DNA of 63,668 nucleotides, counting the filler, from Sphacelaria rigidula (taxonomy: Eukaryota): assembly GCA_964200075.2 (NCBI GenBank). It is 5 parts of 5 records of this genome, joined end to end, with 100 filler letters (N's around TTAATTAATTAA, not from the genome) between each part and the next. Parts side by side here need not be neighbours in the genome. Positions count along the whole stretch, not along the records: positions 51,019 to 63,668 come from CAXNAA020003534.1; 4 more parts are not named here. The stretch is one strand, 5' to 3'. Position 1 is the first letter of the stretch. The number at the start of each line of letters is the position of its first letter. A program made the position numbers and the translations under genes. This document shows, one piece after another, positions 61,670 through 63,668 of the stretch. Under the pieces are notes generated by a model. It made no database searches and was not told the DNA's origin. It saw only the letters and a program-made list of their open reading frames with translations.

Positions 61670-62450
61670 TAAGCATGCACACCGAGTGTTTCTGCACCAG
61701 ACATTCAGGGTTTTGTTGGCGTGGAACTTTGGACTATTCCGAGAACCCCGGTCATGTGGCTCACACAACTTTTCATTCAATTTTGGTTTCGACAGTAGCT
61801 GTTCGCGTGTTCGTGATACACGGTAATTTATGGTGCACGCAAGGCGGGCCAAGAAGTTCTTTCGTAGATGAAGCTTACCCGGGCTTGGCACGCCTGCACG
61901 GGGAGTTGTGCTGTGGGAATTATCCGTGTGGAGTAAGGGAGAGGCGGGCGTCGAGAATTTACAACTCTGGAGGGATGCCTTTCTGAACTGGTGCTAAGCA
62001 AACAATATTTTCGTGAGACTTGGAGTCTGAGATACAGTTGAGGGTGAAAAGCGGTCAGCTGATGAATGTATGAGTTTCAGTTCCGGAATACCCCTCCGGG
62101 GCTTACACGAGGCTCGACACTGAAGCTCGGAAATGGTACCAGTTATAACTGGCCATTGTCGTAATAATGCTCTCATGATGGTGATGGTTATATATAGGTT
62201 CTGGATAATGGTTTCAAACCATTATTTACCCTTCCCGACTACGTATGCTACATACAGTCCTTGAAAATTGGCCCAAATTTGACGTATCTTTCAGCTCAAA
62301 TCGCGTACATTGTGCCTCCGACACGGCGCCTCCAGCGAACCCCCGTCTGCCGGGAGGACTTTTTTGCATGCGCATGCGTTGCCCGATGACCAAAACCATC
62401 ATGTAGCATTTTGCTGGTCGATGAGAGCGCTGCGCGTAACCATTCAACTG
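61670..62450 (-). pseudogene. Possible decayed CxC/KDZ-type transposase fragment
   Basis: In order: QCTRFELKD..FSRT, WPVITGTISELQCRAS, LARLAC, PKFHANK..WCRN; broken frames. Confidence 0.35.
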
Positions 62451-62894
62451 ATGAATAATTGGACAAACCGATCCAGAGCGTTACCCGACACGCTTTCTGT
62501 GGAAGCTTGCCACTGACGACTTCGATATCCCTGAGCAGAGCATCGACGTGTAGCTCAAAGCACACGTCAAGGGTTCACGCAAAGAAGAGCGCACACGATT
62601 TTTTTTGGAAAAGTTTGAGTGAGAGATGAACGTCACTCTCAATCCAACGAAAACATGAAGTGAACTTGATTTCAGCTGTGGGTGAAAATTAGCCAGGGAT
62701 ATTGAGTGTGAAAAAATGAAACTTGTCGACTTTGGCTCTTCTCCGTCGTTTTCCATCAGCAAAGTGGGCTAGGCGGATGTAAACGCCTTGAAACGAACCG
62801 TTCTACCCGCGGAGACGGCCCCAGAGCACGTTTGCGTTTCCCGTAGGTCGTGATTTCGTTTTTGGTCAAAGTTGCATTTTCAATCACAAACGAT

Positions 62895-63147
62895 GACACT
62901 TTCTACGATATCCCCCCCCCGCCCAAAAGTGCATGTTTTTGGGGGGCAAAACCTCCTTGTAAATCGGAATGGGAAAAGCCGTGCACAACGGGCAGCTGGG
63001 AATTCTCACGCTTGGGTTCTCGCTCTAGCCAATTTCGCCAATATGACGCGCTTTATGCAGCCTGAACACAAACATCAGGCGCTGTATGACCACGCTTTTA
63101 GTGACACTTTTGGGCTGGTGTTGGGGGGGGCTATCGTAAAAAGAGTC
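62895..63147. mobile_element. 253-bp MITE with 4-bp TSD (cgat), Sola-like
   Basis: gacactttctacgatatccccccc...gggggggctatcgtaaaaagagtc; cgat on both flanks. Confidence 0.85.
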
Positions 63148-63406
63148 CGATCAAGTTATGAAAAAACAGTGGGAAAACTATCATTTTTTCGGTAACTAAG
63201 CGTTAGTGAAAATGAAACCTTGGCCAAGAACAAAACTGTGATGTACGGGAAACGCGAGGGTGCTCTGGAACCGTATCAGCGAAAAGAGCAAGTCATTCCA
63301 AGGTGTCCACATCTGCCTGGCCCTCTTTTGGGGGGGGGAAACGACGGAGAAAGGCCGAAGTTGCACTTTTCAACAAGTTTCACTTTGTTACGCACAAGTA
63401 GCTTAA

Positions 63407-63668
63407 GGCCGGATGTTGTGGCAAACAGACTTTTGGCCCACGGATTGTTCACCTTTGGGACGTTTGACTCGACTTTTGACCCATAAGTCGAGAAAACCGC
63501 CTACACACACACGTCTCGACACGTTAGATCACCCCACAGAGAGGAGCCTAGTCTGCTTTTCAGATTTGCTTGGCTTCGAGGTTCGAAATTGGCCGCGGAA
63601 CAAATGTTTGCGCGTAAAAATCTGTGCCTGCCGACCCCGGCCAGTTTGCAAACTGGCGGGGGTCGGCA
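63407..63668. mobile_element. Harbinger-like foldback MITE, left arm and centre, truncated by the contig end
   Basis: taa|ggccggatgtt...; homologous to 21698-22176; central palindrome gccagtttgcaaactggc. Confidence 0.85.

Overview
Eukaryotic, intron-rich and transposon-rich DNA at roughly 50% GC. It looks like a brown alga (Phaeophyceae/stramenopile); this is inferred from GT-AG exon structure, TTAGGG repeats and a nucleus-encoded organellar bTHX gene. The window is not one locus. It is five contigs (1-12658, 12759-25414, 25515-38167, 38268-50918, 51019-63668; lengths 12658, 12656, 12653, 12651, 12650) joined in descending size order by a 100-nt N44-TTAATTAATTAA-N44 linker, so nothing across a linker is synteny. 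Genes rebuilt by hand from splice sites: an atypical Rab-like GTPase (3 exons, minus), an ankyrin-repeat gene (minus, one GC-AG intron), a bTHX/PSRP4-like small ribosomal protein with a long acidic tail (plus, one GC-AG intron), and several uncharacterised low-complexity or disrupted genes. Most of the remainder is DNA-transposon debris: a hAT dimerisation-domain fragment, decayed KDZ (Kyakuja-Dileera-Zisupton)-like transposase remnants that appear to contain introns, and many MITE families, several nested. These include Harbinger-like, Sola-like (4-bp TSD), piggyBac-like, and an unclassified TATGGG-ended family with ACWGT duplications. All family assignments are by-eye motif matches; no searches were run.
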